Shown piece by piece: positions 41,282 to 52,743 of a stretch of 64,000 nucleotides of DNA. The first letter of the stretch is position 1. Each line of letters begins with the position of its first letter. The notes below the pieces were generated by a model, which was given only the letters and a program-made list of their open reading frames with translations, made no database searches and was not told the origin of the DNA. The position numbers and the translations under genes were made by a program. Location: the sequence record NC_062581.1; one strand, written 5' to 3'.

Positions 41282-41771
41282 TTTTCCACACCCCAGGGTT
41301 ATCACGCTAGAAGAAAGAGAAGATGCTGTAGCTTTTACTAATTACATAGGTGAGCTTAGTAAAGTATCTTTGGCTGATCTTAATTCCCCTATTCGTCGTT
41401 TTTCATTCAACTGGCGAAGGCGTATGACCAAGTGGGAACTGGCCAAAATGTCAGGTCGTGTAATGTGGATGGGTCTTACCGATATCGGTGCTACTGAAGT
41501 AGTACTACGTCGGGAAATTCGTAAAACGTTTGAACAACCCGTAAAGAGACTTGCATGGGGTAATTCAAAGAAAGTTGAACCATTTGGTAACATATGCTTG
41601 GAAAAGCCGCATCCAGGTCTACCAGTCACCTATACTTACTCTACCCCACTGAGTAAAACAGAAACACGTATTTGGAAATGGTTAGAGGAAGTTAATGCAC
41701 AGTTTAGATTATCCGCACACAAACACTACGCCCAGCTTCCAATCGACCCAAGATATCACCGAACTCTATAA
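41256..41771 (+). CDS. hypothetical protein
   Basis: MSLRHRL start after GAGA; basic. Confidence 0.6.
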   Translation: MSLRHRLHSFPHPRVITLEEREDAVAFTNYIGELSKVSLADLNSPIRRFSFNWRRRMTKWELAKMSGRVMWMGLTDIGATEVVLRREIRKTFEQPVKRLAWGNSKKVEPFGNICLEKPHPGLPVTYTYSTPLSKTETRIWKWLEEVNAQFRLSAHKHYAQLPIDPRYHRTL

Positions 41772-41878
41772 ACGAATTCGGAGATTTACACAAAATAAAA
41801 AGATCGTTTGGATTACAGCTAAAGCCCTTGTGCAAAGTACTGACAATCCCAATCTAATGAATAAACAGGAGCAATTCA

Positions 41879-42505
41879 ATGTCAGTTCTTTCGGACAAAA
41901 CAATCAAGCGGTTGGCTACCGACCCCATCAAGCCGATGATCAAACCTTTTTTTGGTCAATCAATAAAAAAGAAGAACAACCAAAAAGTAGCCAGTTACGG
42001 ATTGTCCACGGGCGGATACGACATCCGGGCTGCGCAGGAATTCATGGTATTCAAGCCTATCAAATACACCCTTTGGGAACGTTTGAAATTCCTGTTCACC
42101 GGGAAACCAAAACCGATTAATCCGCTTAGTTACAAAGAAATTACCGAAGACATGTTTGACGTAGTTAAAGGTCAGCAAGTCGTAGTTCCAGCTGGAGGCT
42201 TTCTATTAGCCCGTAGCATGGAATATGTTGATATGCCTCGCAATGTATTAGCTTTGTGTATTGGTAAGTCCACAATCGCTCGTGCGGGCTGGAATTGCTT
42301 GTGTACTCCAATCGAACCAGGTTGGGATGGCTACATTACACTAGAATTCCAAAACACCACAGATCGACCAAATATCTTCTATGCAGAAGAAGGTTGTCTA
42401 CAATTGGTATTTATGCATCTCGATGAAGATCCAGATGTGTCGTATTCTGACCGTGGTGGTAAATACAACAACCAAGATCCACGCATCGTTCTACCACGCG
42501 TATAA
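41879..42505 (+). CDS. dcd: dCTP deaminase
   Basis: SYGLSTGGYDIR, GKSTIARAG, TPIEPGWDGYITLEF, YSDRGGKY. Confidence 0.93.
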   Translation: MSVLSDKTIKRLATDPIKPMIKPFFGQSIKKKNNQKVASYGLSTGGYDIRAAQEFMVFKPIKYTLWERLKFLFTGKPKPINPLSYKEITEDMFDVVKGQQVVVPAGGFLLARSMEYVDMPRNVLALCIGKSTIARAGWNCLCTPIEPGWDGYITLEFQNTTDRPNIFYAEEGCLQLVFMHLDEDPDVSYSDRGGKYNNQDPRIVLPRV

Positions 42506-42506
42506 A

Positions 42507-42538
42507 AGTGAGCCTTCGGGCTCACTACTTATTTTCTT
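42507..42538 (+). terminator. UUCG terminator
   Basis: AGTGAGCC-TTCG-GGCTCACT then a T-rich tail. Confidence 0.7.
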
Positions 42539-42551
42539 TTGGAGGTTTTAT

Positions 42552-45112
<2,561 letters not shown>

Positions 45113-45116
45113 GTAA

Positions 45117-45383
45117 ATGGAAATACCGATAGTAAGCGGAATCTTTAAATGGTTCCGTAAACGAAAAGAAATAAGTCGGTTATTGCGACGACGTTACAAC
45201 GTGGTTCACGAAGCAGTTTGTATGGGCGTTCATTTTGAACCCAGTACAGAGCGGTTTCAATGTCCATGTTGTGGTAATCGAATTTGTGGTAAGAAAAAGA
45301 ATGGTTACATGGTACCTATTATCTTAGTGCACCAAGCAGACTACGATAATTATACCAATCAGATTAAAGCACTGCAGTCTTAA
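45117..45383 (+). CDS. small Zn-ribbon-like protein
   Basis: FQCPCCGNRICG; amphipathic N-terminus. Confidence 0.55.
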   Translation: MEIPIVSGIFKWFRKRKEISRLLRRRYNVVHEAVCMGVHFEPSTERFQCPCCGNRICGKKKNGYMVPIILVHQADYDNYTNQIKALQS

Positions 45384-45390
45384 GGCATAA

Positions 45391-45410
45391 GCTCTCCCTT
45401 CGGGGAGAGC
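45391..45410. terminator. UUCG terminator
   Basis: GCTCTCCC-TTCG-GGGAGAGC. Confidence 0.75.
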
Positions 45411-45433
45411 ACTATATTTTTTTTGATTACATC

Positions 45434-45454
45434 AAATCTGAAATCTATATTACT
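45434..45454 (+). promoter_or_regulatory. early promoter (variant A)
   Basis: AAATCTGAAATCTATATTACT. Confidence 0.75.
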
Positions 45455-45488
45455 AACATGTATCTACTACACTTAAATAGGATTTGTA

Positions 45489-46412
45489 ATGGGCATTAAA
45501 AGACGGCTTCTGGAAAACCATAAAGAATGGTTATTCCGCGTAATGAATCTACATGATGTTGATTTTGCCATTGCTACCGATGAGAATGGTAAAAAGTGGG
45601 TAGCTTTTATTGAAGCCCATAACACTTATTCGGTTAGTCTACATTCAATCGATGATGGTCCACAAATTGGGCGTTGTATATTTACTGAAAATAGTGATGT
45701 CAAAAAGCACAGTTGGGAGTTTTGCACGCGAAATCCTAAACCGTCATTGAATGGGTTGTCGTTCAAACCAGATCTAAACAGTGTAGTGGAAGATGTTATT
45801 TCATACACTGATGCAGCGCAAGATCTTGATGATAATCAAGGCATTCACATTTACACTTCACCTAATGGAACCGAATGGTATTTAACTAACGATTCTATTG
45901 AACGCGATCGTTTGAAATTGTTTCAATACATACCACATGCACGAATGTTTGGATGTGGGTATTGGTTTGATATCAGTTTGCTGGACCAATATAACGGCAT
46001 TTGGAACACCCCGGTAACAACCCCCGTCTTTGAAATTCCTCCCGCTCCTGAATCTGAAAGGCCTTACATTACAAAAGTATCCGACAAGCCAAGTGCTTTG
46101 TTGGTACTTACAAACAAAGGCGATGGGATCAGAAAAATTAAACATCTTAACTTGACTTTAAATCTAAAGAAAGAGTTAGAGCCTGATGAAATCATGGACA
46201 TTTACCCTGCGTTAAGAAGCGCGTTGCAGCGTGAATTCCCCCAAAACAAAATTGTGATTGACCTAGACCAAGTTGTCTTTGTAATACACGGTACCCGTAT
46301 TACTGGTCGTAACATGCGGGCTGCACATGGCTCACGCTACTATTGTGATATACCTAAAGATCAATCGCAATTTCAATTCCAACCTAACCATTTTCCTGCT
46401 CGTTACTGCTGA
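45489..46412 (+). CDS. hypothetical early protein (tandem paralogue 1)
   Basis: 307 aa. Confidence 0.7.
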   Translation: MGIKRRLLENHKEWLFRVMNLHDVDFAIATDENGKKWVAFIEAHNTYSVSLHSIDDGPQIGRCIFTENSDVKKHSWEFCTRNPKPSLNGLSFKPDLNSVVEDVISYTDAAQDLDDNQGIHIYTSPNGTEWYLTNDSIERDRLKLFQYIPHARMFGCGYWFDISLLDQYNGIWNTPVTTPVFEIPPAPESERPYITKVSDKPSALLVLTNKGDGIRKIKHLNLTLNLKKELEPDEIMDIYPALRSALQREFPQNKIVIDLDQVVFVIHGTRITGRNMRAAHGSRYYCDIPKDQSQFQFQPNHFPARYC

Positions 46413-46420
46413 GGTTTTAT

Positions 46421-47332
46421 ATGTTCAAGGCTTTACGTAATCGTTACCGTTTGACGCGTTTGTTTGAAATGGATGCCATCAAAAACAACATCTGTTGTTT
46501 CCGTACAGATGAAGATGAATACGTTCATCTGTTTTTGGATGACAAAGGACAACGCCATGCATACAGCTCTGTAACTTTGCAACCAATTGATATAGCAACC
46601 GTTACTATTCCAGATAAAGATTGTTTCCGTTGGACCTCTTGGGATCGTAAACCATTTTCTAGTTATTACGAGCGCGGTATCAGTGCAATTAAAGTACTGA
46701 AAGCTCGGCATGCCGAAACATGGCAGGGTGTTCCATTTATCAAAGTAAATGGAAAGGTGTTGTACATTAGCCGAGGTAGCGATGGCGGCGAGTGGTTTGA
46801 ACTAACCGATATTAATGGAAATGAATTTATTTTTCCTACGGTTATGTTGAACGTGCTTAATTCAAGCAATTATATTGATCTGGATATGTACACTGCAAAA
46901 GTGGTTAACCTTTACGGCGAAGGTAATCCTGTTGAAGATTGGAAACCTATCATTGCCTGGGGTAATGAACCAACCTCTAATCAACCAGCGTATTCTGAGT
47001 TGATTGAAATGGATGGGTTTCCAGGTATGTTAGAACTACATACCAAAGACATTGTTATTAACATCAGTGAAATTGATAACAGCGCTACACCAATTGTAGA
47101 TTTGCATCCATTTGTTAAAATCATCAAATGGAATTTGTTGGATCACAATGCACGCTGGACACTCGATGTAAGTAACATTCTTTTGCAAGTGGGTAAAAAT
47201 CCAATCCTGATTCGTGTTGGTGATTTACCTACGGAAGTGCCAGGACATCGTTTCATTATGTCCAATATGGTAGATGGCAACGAAAGTCAACATATCAACT
47301 ACAATGTTGACCTGCCATCAACGTATCCATGA
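46421..47332 (+). CDS. hypothetical early protein (tandem paralogue 2)
   Basis: 303 aa, GAGG SD. Confidence 0.7.
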   Translation: MFKALRNRYRLTRLFEMDAIKNNICCFRTDEDEYVHLFLDDKGQRHAYSSVTLQPIDIATVTIPDKDCFRWTSWDRKPFSSYYERGISAIKVLKARHAETWQGVPFIKVNGKVLYISRGSDGGEWFELTDINGNEFIFPTVMLNVLNSSNYIDLDMYTAKVVNLYGEGNPVEDWKPIIAWGNEPTSNQPAYSELIEMDGFPGMLELHTKDIVINISEIDNSATPIVDLHPFVKIIKWNLLDHNARWTLDVSNILLQVGKNPILIRVGDLPTEVPGHRFIMSNMVDGNESQHINYNVDLPSTYP

Positions 47333-47343
47333 TGGATTTAAAA

Positions 47344-47365
47344 CATTTAAAAGGCTATATTACAA
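47344..47365 (+). promoter_or_regulatory. early promoter (variant B)
   Basis: CATTTAAAAGGCTATATTACAA. Confidence 0.7.
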
Positions 47366-47386
47366 TAGTGATCTAGCTACCTATTT

Positions 47387-47413
47387 AGCCTCTCTTCGGA
47401 GAGGCTTTATGCC
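47387..47413 (+). terminator. UUCG hairpin
   Basis: AGCCTCTC-TTCG-GAGAGGCT-TTATGCC. Confidence 0.65.
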
Positions 47414-47434
47414 CTTTAACTACAGGTATATCAA

Positions 47435-47722
47435 ATGGCTCTTCCAGCTCGCTGGACTACGTCTGTGAAAGCTACTGCTACCCTCTACTTAAATGGAGGT
47501 AAACCAGAAGTTGTTCGCAGTATTGTAAAAGACTTAAACGTTTTGTACAATACACATCTCGCTACTGATAAAGAAGCTGGACGTGCCGTAGCCGTACTAG
47601 AGAAACTCACCGACTGTGTTGGTGGGCGCTTTGATCACCACCGTAATACCAATAACCTAACTGCTGCTAAACGCATGCAGATAGTGGAAGCACAGCTGCA
47701 TAAAGCCAGGCCTCCCTACTAA
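47435..47722 (+). CDS. hypothetical protein
   Basis: 95 aa. Confidence 0.6.
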   Translation: MALPARWTTSVKATATLYLNGGKPEVVRSIVKDLNVLYNTHLATDKEAGRAVAVLEKLTDCVGGRFDHHRNTNNLTAAKRMQIVEAQLHKARPPY

Positions 47723-47767
47723 CCGTATTGGGACCTGGTAATAACTAATCATACCAGGAGGTTCCCA

Positions 47768-48130
47768 GTGGGTCCAGTATATTTCCAACTAACAAACAAC
47801 ACCATTACTTTTGAAGATCTGATCCCAGTTGGTCAGAACGCAGAAGGCCTTAAGTTCACGCTAGTCGATCGTTACAGTCGTAAGCCGATAGATCATCCAA
47901 TGTCGATTAAAGCCATCGACAAACGCCATGAGGGCGTTGCTGTGTCATCTGTCGTTATGCAAGGCGACACAGAAAGTACCATGCAAGCACTTAAAGCTTG
48001 GTGGAACAAATGTGAGATCCATGAAATTGAACTTGAGTGGTATCACATTGACAGTGCAAAGGTAGACATTCGTGTCAAAGGTAATCCTAAGCACATTATG
48101 AATTATGCACTAAAAGTAGAAACAGCATAG
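47768..48130 (+). CDS. hypothetical protein
   Basis: 120 aa; GTG start after AGGAGG. Confidence 0.65.
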   Translation: MGPVYFQLTNNTITFEDLIPVGQNAEGLKFTLVDRYSRKPIDHPMSIKAIDKRHEGVAVSSVVMQGDTESTMQALKAWWNKCEIHEIELEWYHIDSAKVDIRVKGNPKHIMNYALKVETA

Positions 48131-48145
48131 TTCATCCTATTCGGA

Positions 48146-48200
48146 ATGGACTCCTCTGGCCTTCGGGTTAGGGGAGTCCATACTAATGGTTTTTTCTTTT
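48146..48200 (+). terminator. long UUCG hairpin/terminator
   Basis: ATGGACTCCTCTGGCC-TTCG-GGTTAGGGGAGTCCAT (16 bp with G-U pairs), T run 3'. Confidence 0.65.
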
Positions 48201-48324
48201 TATACTGACCACCCTCTTAGTATAAGTAAAGAGCGCTACTAAAGAGCAATGAGGGAGGCTTTTATTTTGTAACATGGTTGCATAGCAACATCCTTATTCT
48301 AAAAATACAATCGGAGCTACGCCA

Positions 48325-48717
48325 TTGAAACAAGTTGTACTTATTCCGGTTTTAGATACCGGTACTAACGAGCAACGCAAATTGTTCACTGATGGTACGC
48401 AAATTGATGCGGTTCACAACTGTGAGTTGCTGAATGCGTATCTGGAACGTTTTACTGATTACTTTGTTGTATGTGATGCCATTATTCCTGGTGTCTATCA
48501 ACGGACAATCTATTTTAAAGGTCCAACCGCTTCTATTCAAATCGGTTCGCTGATGGTCGATCTTAAGACGGGGCTTTATACTTTGAAGCTCAGTGATCCC
48601 ATGGCACGTCCAGCTGGTTTGGATATTCATCTCACTGTTAACACTATCCCCAAGGAAAGCGAATGTCGATCCAAGTATCCCTCCGAGCAATGCCACTCGA
48701 TGAAAGCAGTGGCGTAA
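48325..48717 (+). CDS. hypothetical protein (small paralogue family)
   Basis: 130 aa; TTG start after GGAG. Confidence 0.6.
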   Translation: MKQVVLIPVLDTGTNEQRKLFTDGTQIDAVHNCELLNAYLERFTDYFVVCDAIIPGVYQRTIYFKGPTASIQIGSLMVDLKTGLYTLKLSDPMARPAGLDIHLTVNTIPKESECRSKYPSEQCHSMKAVA

Positions 48718-49127
48718 AAGAACTCATTGTACAAGTACCTATTGTTGATTCAGAGTGTTACCAGCTACCTGATATTTTAAAAGTAGACAGTAACCGAATT
48801 AGTTGGGTTTCCCCTGTACAAATCTGTGTACAATACACGGATGTTCCTGCTCCAGGTTTTACATTTACCCTAGGTCCTAATCCAGATGGAAAGGGCCAAT
48901 GGTTATACGTGTGGTATAAATTGCATCGAGTAGCTATAGTTGCTATTGGTGGACCACATGGGCGAATTGTAGTCGGATCAAATTTGGTTGATGAAACTAC
49001 ACCAGCTGATTTAGCTGAAGTTATAAACCAAGTAACCATTGCTTTCCTTGTACACATCAAGGAAACTCATGAAGACGACACTAACACTGGACTTCTCCAA
49101 CAGGGGAGTTGTATCGGGACGGTCTAG
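48663..49127 (+). CDS. hypothetical protein
   Basis: 154 aa in operon. Confidence 0.6.
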   Translation: MSIQVSLRAMPLDESSGVKELIVQVPIVDSECYQLPDILKVDSNRISWVSPVQICVQYTDVPAPGFTFTLGPNPDGKGQWLYVWYKLHRVAIVAIGGPHGRIVVGSNLVDETTPADLAEVINQVTIAFLVHIKETHEDDTNTGLLQQGSCIGTV

Positions 49128-49446
49128 CTCATTAGTACACGTAGGTTCTAAAGACCACACGTTTATTGATGTTGATGTATTGTCAATAACACAAGGGCCA
49201 CAAAACTATGAATCTGAATTGGGTGTCTATAAGGAACCACAAATTGAATTCCCTAATCGGGTAATCTTTACGTTCTTTGACAAAATCCAAAACCAGATGA
49301 TTGCTGAACTAGAAATAGAACTGCAGTTAAAAAGGTTACGTTGGATTAAACCTGTTAGTATGCGCCGCATGACACCATTTCAGACGACTATCGAATTGTC
49401 TCAAGATCCGGCTATCTTGGTGCACTTACCGAGTATAGCTGTATGA
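49069..49446 (+). CDS. hypothetical protein (small paralogue family)
   Basis: MKTTLTL start after AAGGA. Confidence 0.6.
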   Translation: MKTTLTLDFSNRGVVSGRSSSLVHVGSKDHTFIDVDVLSITQGPQNYESELGVYKEPQIEFPNRVIFTFFDKIQNQMIAELEIELQLKRLRWIKPVSMRRMTPFQTTIELSQDPAILVHLPSIAV

Positions 49447-49859
49447 TCGAAGTTACTATAGCGCTGTATGACAAACGCCAAGGAGATCTTGGTGACTTTG
49501 TTAGAGGGACAGAAGACAAGACCTTAGGGAACCCTTATTGGATTACCCCAGGCCTAACTTTTGAAACGGATGGTCAAGCGGTACATGCTTTTAAAACAGT
49601 ACCCACGTTGCATTCTTATGAAGGAATTAAACAATTCCAGATTTGGGACAAGCGCAGTCAGTCCGTTAGGAAATTAGTAGCCACTATTACAATGGATACT
49701 AATACTAACACCTACACGGTAGCATTAGAACCTTACTACCAACGGCGTCGGTTGAACACTACTTTCCATGTACATGGGAATTATAATCGACCACCAGCGC
49801 CTGTGGCATTCCATAACAAAACTCATCACGGCGATTGGGTTTTCGACAACACGATTTGA
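49443..49859 (+). CDS. hypothetical protein (small paralogue family)
   Basis: 138 aa; ATGA overlap with the upstream gene. Confidence 0.65.
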   Translation: MIEVTIALYDKRQGDLGDFVRGTEDKTLGNPYWITPGLTFETDGQAVHAFKTVPTLHSYEGIKQFQIWDKRSQSVRKLVATITMDTNTNTYTVALEPYYQRRRLNTTFHVHGNYNRPPAPVAFHNKTHHGDWVFDNTI

Positions 49860-49861
49860 CT

Positions 49862-50068
49862 ATGAGCAAAGAATCTCGCATTTTGGACTTAGAAGAACAA
49901 CTGGCTAATTATGTCAGCAATCTACAAACGTTTACCCGAAAGCTCAGTGACCTAAACAAAGAAATTCAGAAAGCCAACGATGTTAATGAATTGTTGACTA
50001 AACGTGTTGAACGTTTAGAAGCCCACATTGTTTGTGTTTCAGGTAAATCCCTTCCAGATTTAGATTGA
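49862..50068 (+). CDS. small coiled-coil protein
   Basis: Heptad pattern LEEQLANYVSNLQTFTRKLSDLNKEI. Confidence 0.6.
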   Translation: MSKESRILDLEEQLANYVSNLQTFTRKLSDLNKEIQKANDVNELLTKRVERLEAHIVCVSGKSLPDLD

Positions 50069-50075
50069 GGTTAAC

Positions 50076-50546
50076 ATGCTTCATCCAGTAATTTCCAGAG
50101 AACATTTTGCTAAACTGAATCTACCTATTGACAACTTTACCTATTTCCCAGAAAATACTGTGGATGCGGTTTTGGTTGAAAAACTCTTGCTGCGTGAAGC
50201 CCGTTGGTTATCCCGTAATAAAGCAGGGGTACTGGTAGGTTACAATCCAGAAGAAGATATTCAAATTGGTATTCGTTTGGCATTGAACCAAGATCAGAAA
50301 GTTTTGGACAGTGATATTTTCTGGACTAATCTGACCGGGAAAGGTAAAGACGATCATCTGGATATTTTGTTCTCAGACGCTATGACGGACATCATCAACA
50401 TCACTCGTGCAACACATAGTTACCACATGCATTCAACAGCACCACGTGGTTGGGCTGCTTGCTTTGGTCCTAATGGGGAAGTAGAAGCGATTGGTCGAAA
50501 CTATGTGATTGGTGCCACCAACATTGAAAGAAGGTTTGCTGAATAA
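50076..50546 (+). CDS. hypothetical protein
   Basis: 156 aa, GAGG SD. Confidence 0.65.
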   Translation: MLHPVISREHFAKLNLPIDNFTYFPENTVDAVLVEKLLLREARWLSRNKAGVLVGYNPEEDIQIGIRLALNQDQKVLDSDIFWTNLTGKGKDDHLDILFSDAMTDIINITRATHSYHMHSTAPRGWAACFGPNGEVEAIGRNYVIGATNIERRFAE

Positions 50547-50548
50547 CA

Positions 50549-50992
50549 ATGTCAACTATTTTATACGCTTTGGATAATCGTTTTCTAGAAACAATTAAAA
50601 CCATGCTGGCTAAGCCAATGGATAAAGAATATTGGACTGGGCCATTAGTTAAAAATTCAGCTTTGGTTCGATTGGTCCAGAAAGCCGAACGTATTGTTAC
50701 TGAACAAGATTTGCTTACCCCTAATATTGAAGTACCTAAAGGCAAATTCATTTTGGGGATTGGTGCCGAATGGAACGATGTTAATGGGGTAATGCATCGA
50801 AAGAACAGCGATCTGTTCTTTGATCATGAGTTGTTTGATAACCCCATGGCTACATTGGTAAAACAATTGCACGGCTTTGGGGATGCCATAATCCCAGTGG
50901 AATGTGTACCTGATCAAACCACAGCTTATGCCTGGACCTTGAGTAGCTATGAAGGCTACACTGTTCTTCGTATCTGCGGACAATTTAAATAA
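50549..50992 (+). CDS. hypothetical protein
   Basis: 147 aa. Confidence 0.65.
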   Translation: MSTILYALDNRFLETIKTMLAKPMDKEYWTGPLVKNSALVRLVQKAERIVTEQDLLTPNIEVPKGKFILGIGAEWNDVNGVMHRKNSDLFFDHELFDNPMATLVKQLHGFGDAIIPVECVPDQTTAYAWTLSSYEGYTVLRICGQFK

Positions 50993-51038
50993 TGCATGAC
51001 TCTCCTATGGAGGGTCTTATGCCCCTGTGAGATAGACC

Positions 51039-51212
51039 GTGTTAATAGACAACCCACCTGTAAATTGGTTACATGCAGTAGGTACCCTGTTGTTGGCACT
51101 CAGTTATTTGTTATGCCACGGCACTTTTGGTAAGAACAAAGCATTAGTTAACTTAGGGATTCTAGTATTCATGCTAGGGGTTGCCTCTATTACCGCAGCT
51201 GAACTTAAGTAA
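51039..51212 (+). CDS. small two-TM membrane protein (57 aa, not in ORF track)
   Basis: GTG start; WLHAVGTLLLALSYLLC and ALVNLGILVFMLGVASITA hydrophobic helices. Confidence 0.5.
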   Translation: MLIDNPPVNWLHAVGTLLLALSYLLCHGTFGKNKALVNLGILVFMLGVASITAAELK

Positions 51213-51218
51213 CTTAAT

Positions 51219-51239
51219 AAATCTCAGATCTATATTACT
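51219..51239 (+). promoter_or_regulatory. early promoter (variant A)
   Basis: AAATCTCAGATCTATATTACT. Confidence 0.8.
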
Positions 51240-51274
51240 ATCTTGAATTCAAGACCATTCCTTAGGAGTATTAC

Positions 51275-52021
51275 ATGCAACAAGTTCAAACAGATACCAA
51301 CATGTGCCGCGTTATGATGAATGCAATGATCCAATGGATGATTGATACCAACATGGCTCAACGTATTCACGTAGTAACTGACGCAACCATGTTTGACGTG
51401 GGTATCTTGAAAAACAATGTAAACGGTTTGTATCAAATCGTACTGAACATTGCCGCATCGGCTGTTCGTAATTTCTCATACAACGAACATACCTTCAGTT
51501 TTAACTGCTCCAATAATGGTGTTGACGTTCCTCTGAATGTCCCATATGAAGCAGTGTTGGGTTTCCTGATTCCTACCGCTGAAGGTTACACTTCTTTCTT
51601 CCCTATTCCAAACATGGAACGGGAATTGCTTGCTCTTCAAAAGACGCAAAACATGTTGCAAGAACTGGATCAATTGGATCTGGGTGATGATGCTCCGTCA
51701 ATGGCGCAGTTGAATGAACTCATGCGTGGTGTAGGGGTTAATGAACCGGCCAAACCAGTTGAGTCTTCCCCATACGCGGTACATGGTCTTAACACAAATA
51801 GCGGTGAAGACGACACTAACACCCACGCTAATTCTTTGCCCACCAATGTTGAACTCATGCGTCGTAAACCATTCACTGAACGTCCGGTGGCAAAAGTTGA
51901 AAAAGAAGCCCCACGACCATTGTTGGATTTTGGTCCAGTTGGCGGTGTAGTGTTTCAATCTAAACGTCCACGTCGTAAAGACGGTCCGAACCTGACCCTT
52001 ATCCAAGGCGGAAAGAAATGA
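51275..52021 (+). CDS. sspB: stringent starvation protein B (ClpXP adaptor) homologue
   Basis: QWMIDTN..RIHVVTDAT, QIVLNIAASAVRN, FSFNC..G....VPYEAVLG match the SspB core; C-terminal GPNLTLIQGGKK resembles the ClpX-binding tail. Confidence 0.82.
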   Translation: MQQVQTDTNMCRVMMNAMIQWMIDTNMAQRIHVVTDATMFDVGILKNNVNGLYQIVLNIAASAVRNFSYNEHTFSFNCSNNGVDVPLNVPYEAVLGFLIPTAEGYTSFFPIPNMERELLALQKTQNMLQELDQLDLGDDAPSMAQLNELMRGVGVNEPAKPVESSPYAVHGLNTNSGEDDTNTHANSLPTNVELMRRKPFTERPVAKVEKEAPRPLLDFGPVGGVVFQSKRPRRKDGPNLTLIQGGKK

Positions 52022-52740
52022 ATTTGTGCGAACTACGTGCACACGTCATGCGGCGTGATTCTACACGCATGGCGGCAATCTTCAATGAACTAAAAGAAGA
52101 TTCACAGTTTAAACAATTTGATATTTACGAGATGAATGACTTTTTGTTTCGTGAACTGGTATGGGCACCCGAAGAAGTGTCGGTTGATTCCAGAGAACTA
52201 TATCAAATCAACATCCGAACTATCCCCATGGTTCGTTACGGCAATGGTAATCTGTGTATCCTTCCTGAAGATGCACAAACATTCTGGCCAAGTCTGAATG
52301 ACATTACTAACCCCCATACACCTATTCATGACATGGTTCATGCTGCATTGGTCAACCATGTTACAGGTTGGGACCTGCGCATCGATGCGCCAGCCATGCG
52401 AATGCCGGTTCCTTTCACCTACGATCAACTGCGTCAGAATTTTGATGGCATTGTTGTAGGTGCGGAAAAAGTCATGTATTTGGATACCGAACTGAAAGTA
52501 GCCAAACTGACCAAGCACTTAACTATTACTGTGGTTTTGTTGATTACACCAAACGTGCTGTACGCATTGGGAAATCAGAAATACGGCGGAGAACGTACTG
52601 GTTTCTATACTTGCGACAATTCACTAAAAACAGAAGTGGAAGATAGCGAACTACCATTCGATCAGAATGAAAGTTTCTATGCGCACCTTACCAAAAACAG
52701 TTTTGATGCAACTGTAATGTTGCTACCGGGGCTTGAGTAA
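52018..52740 (+). CDS. hypothetical protein
   Basis: 240 aa; ATGA overlap with sspB. Confidence 0.7.
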   Translation: MNLCELRAHVMRRDSTRMAAIFNELKEDSQFKQFDIYEMNDFLFRELVWAPEEVSVDSRELYQINIRTIPMVRYGNGNLCILPEDAQTFWPSLNDITNPHTPIHDMVHAALVNHVTGWDLRIDAPAMRMPVPFTYDQLRQNFDGIVVGAEKVMYLDTELKVAKLTKHLTITVVLLITPNVLYALGNQKYGGERTGFYTCDNSLKTEVEDSELPFDQNESFYAHLTKNSFDATVMLLPGLE

Positions 52741-52743
52741 AAC

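Noticed and set aside
41695-42120. 141-aa ORF overlapping dcd
   Set aside because: Out-of-frame overlap with a clear dcd gene; low-information sequence
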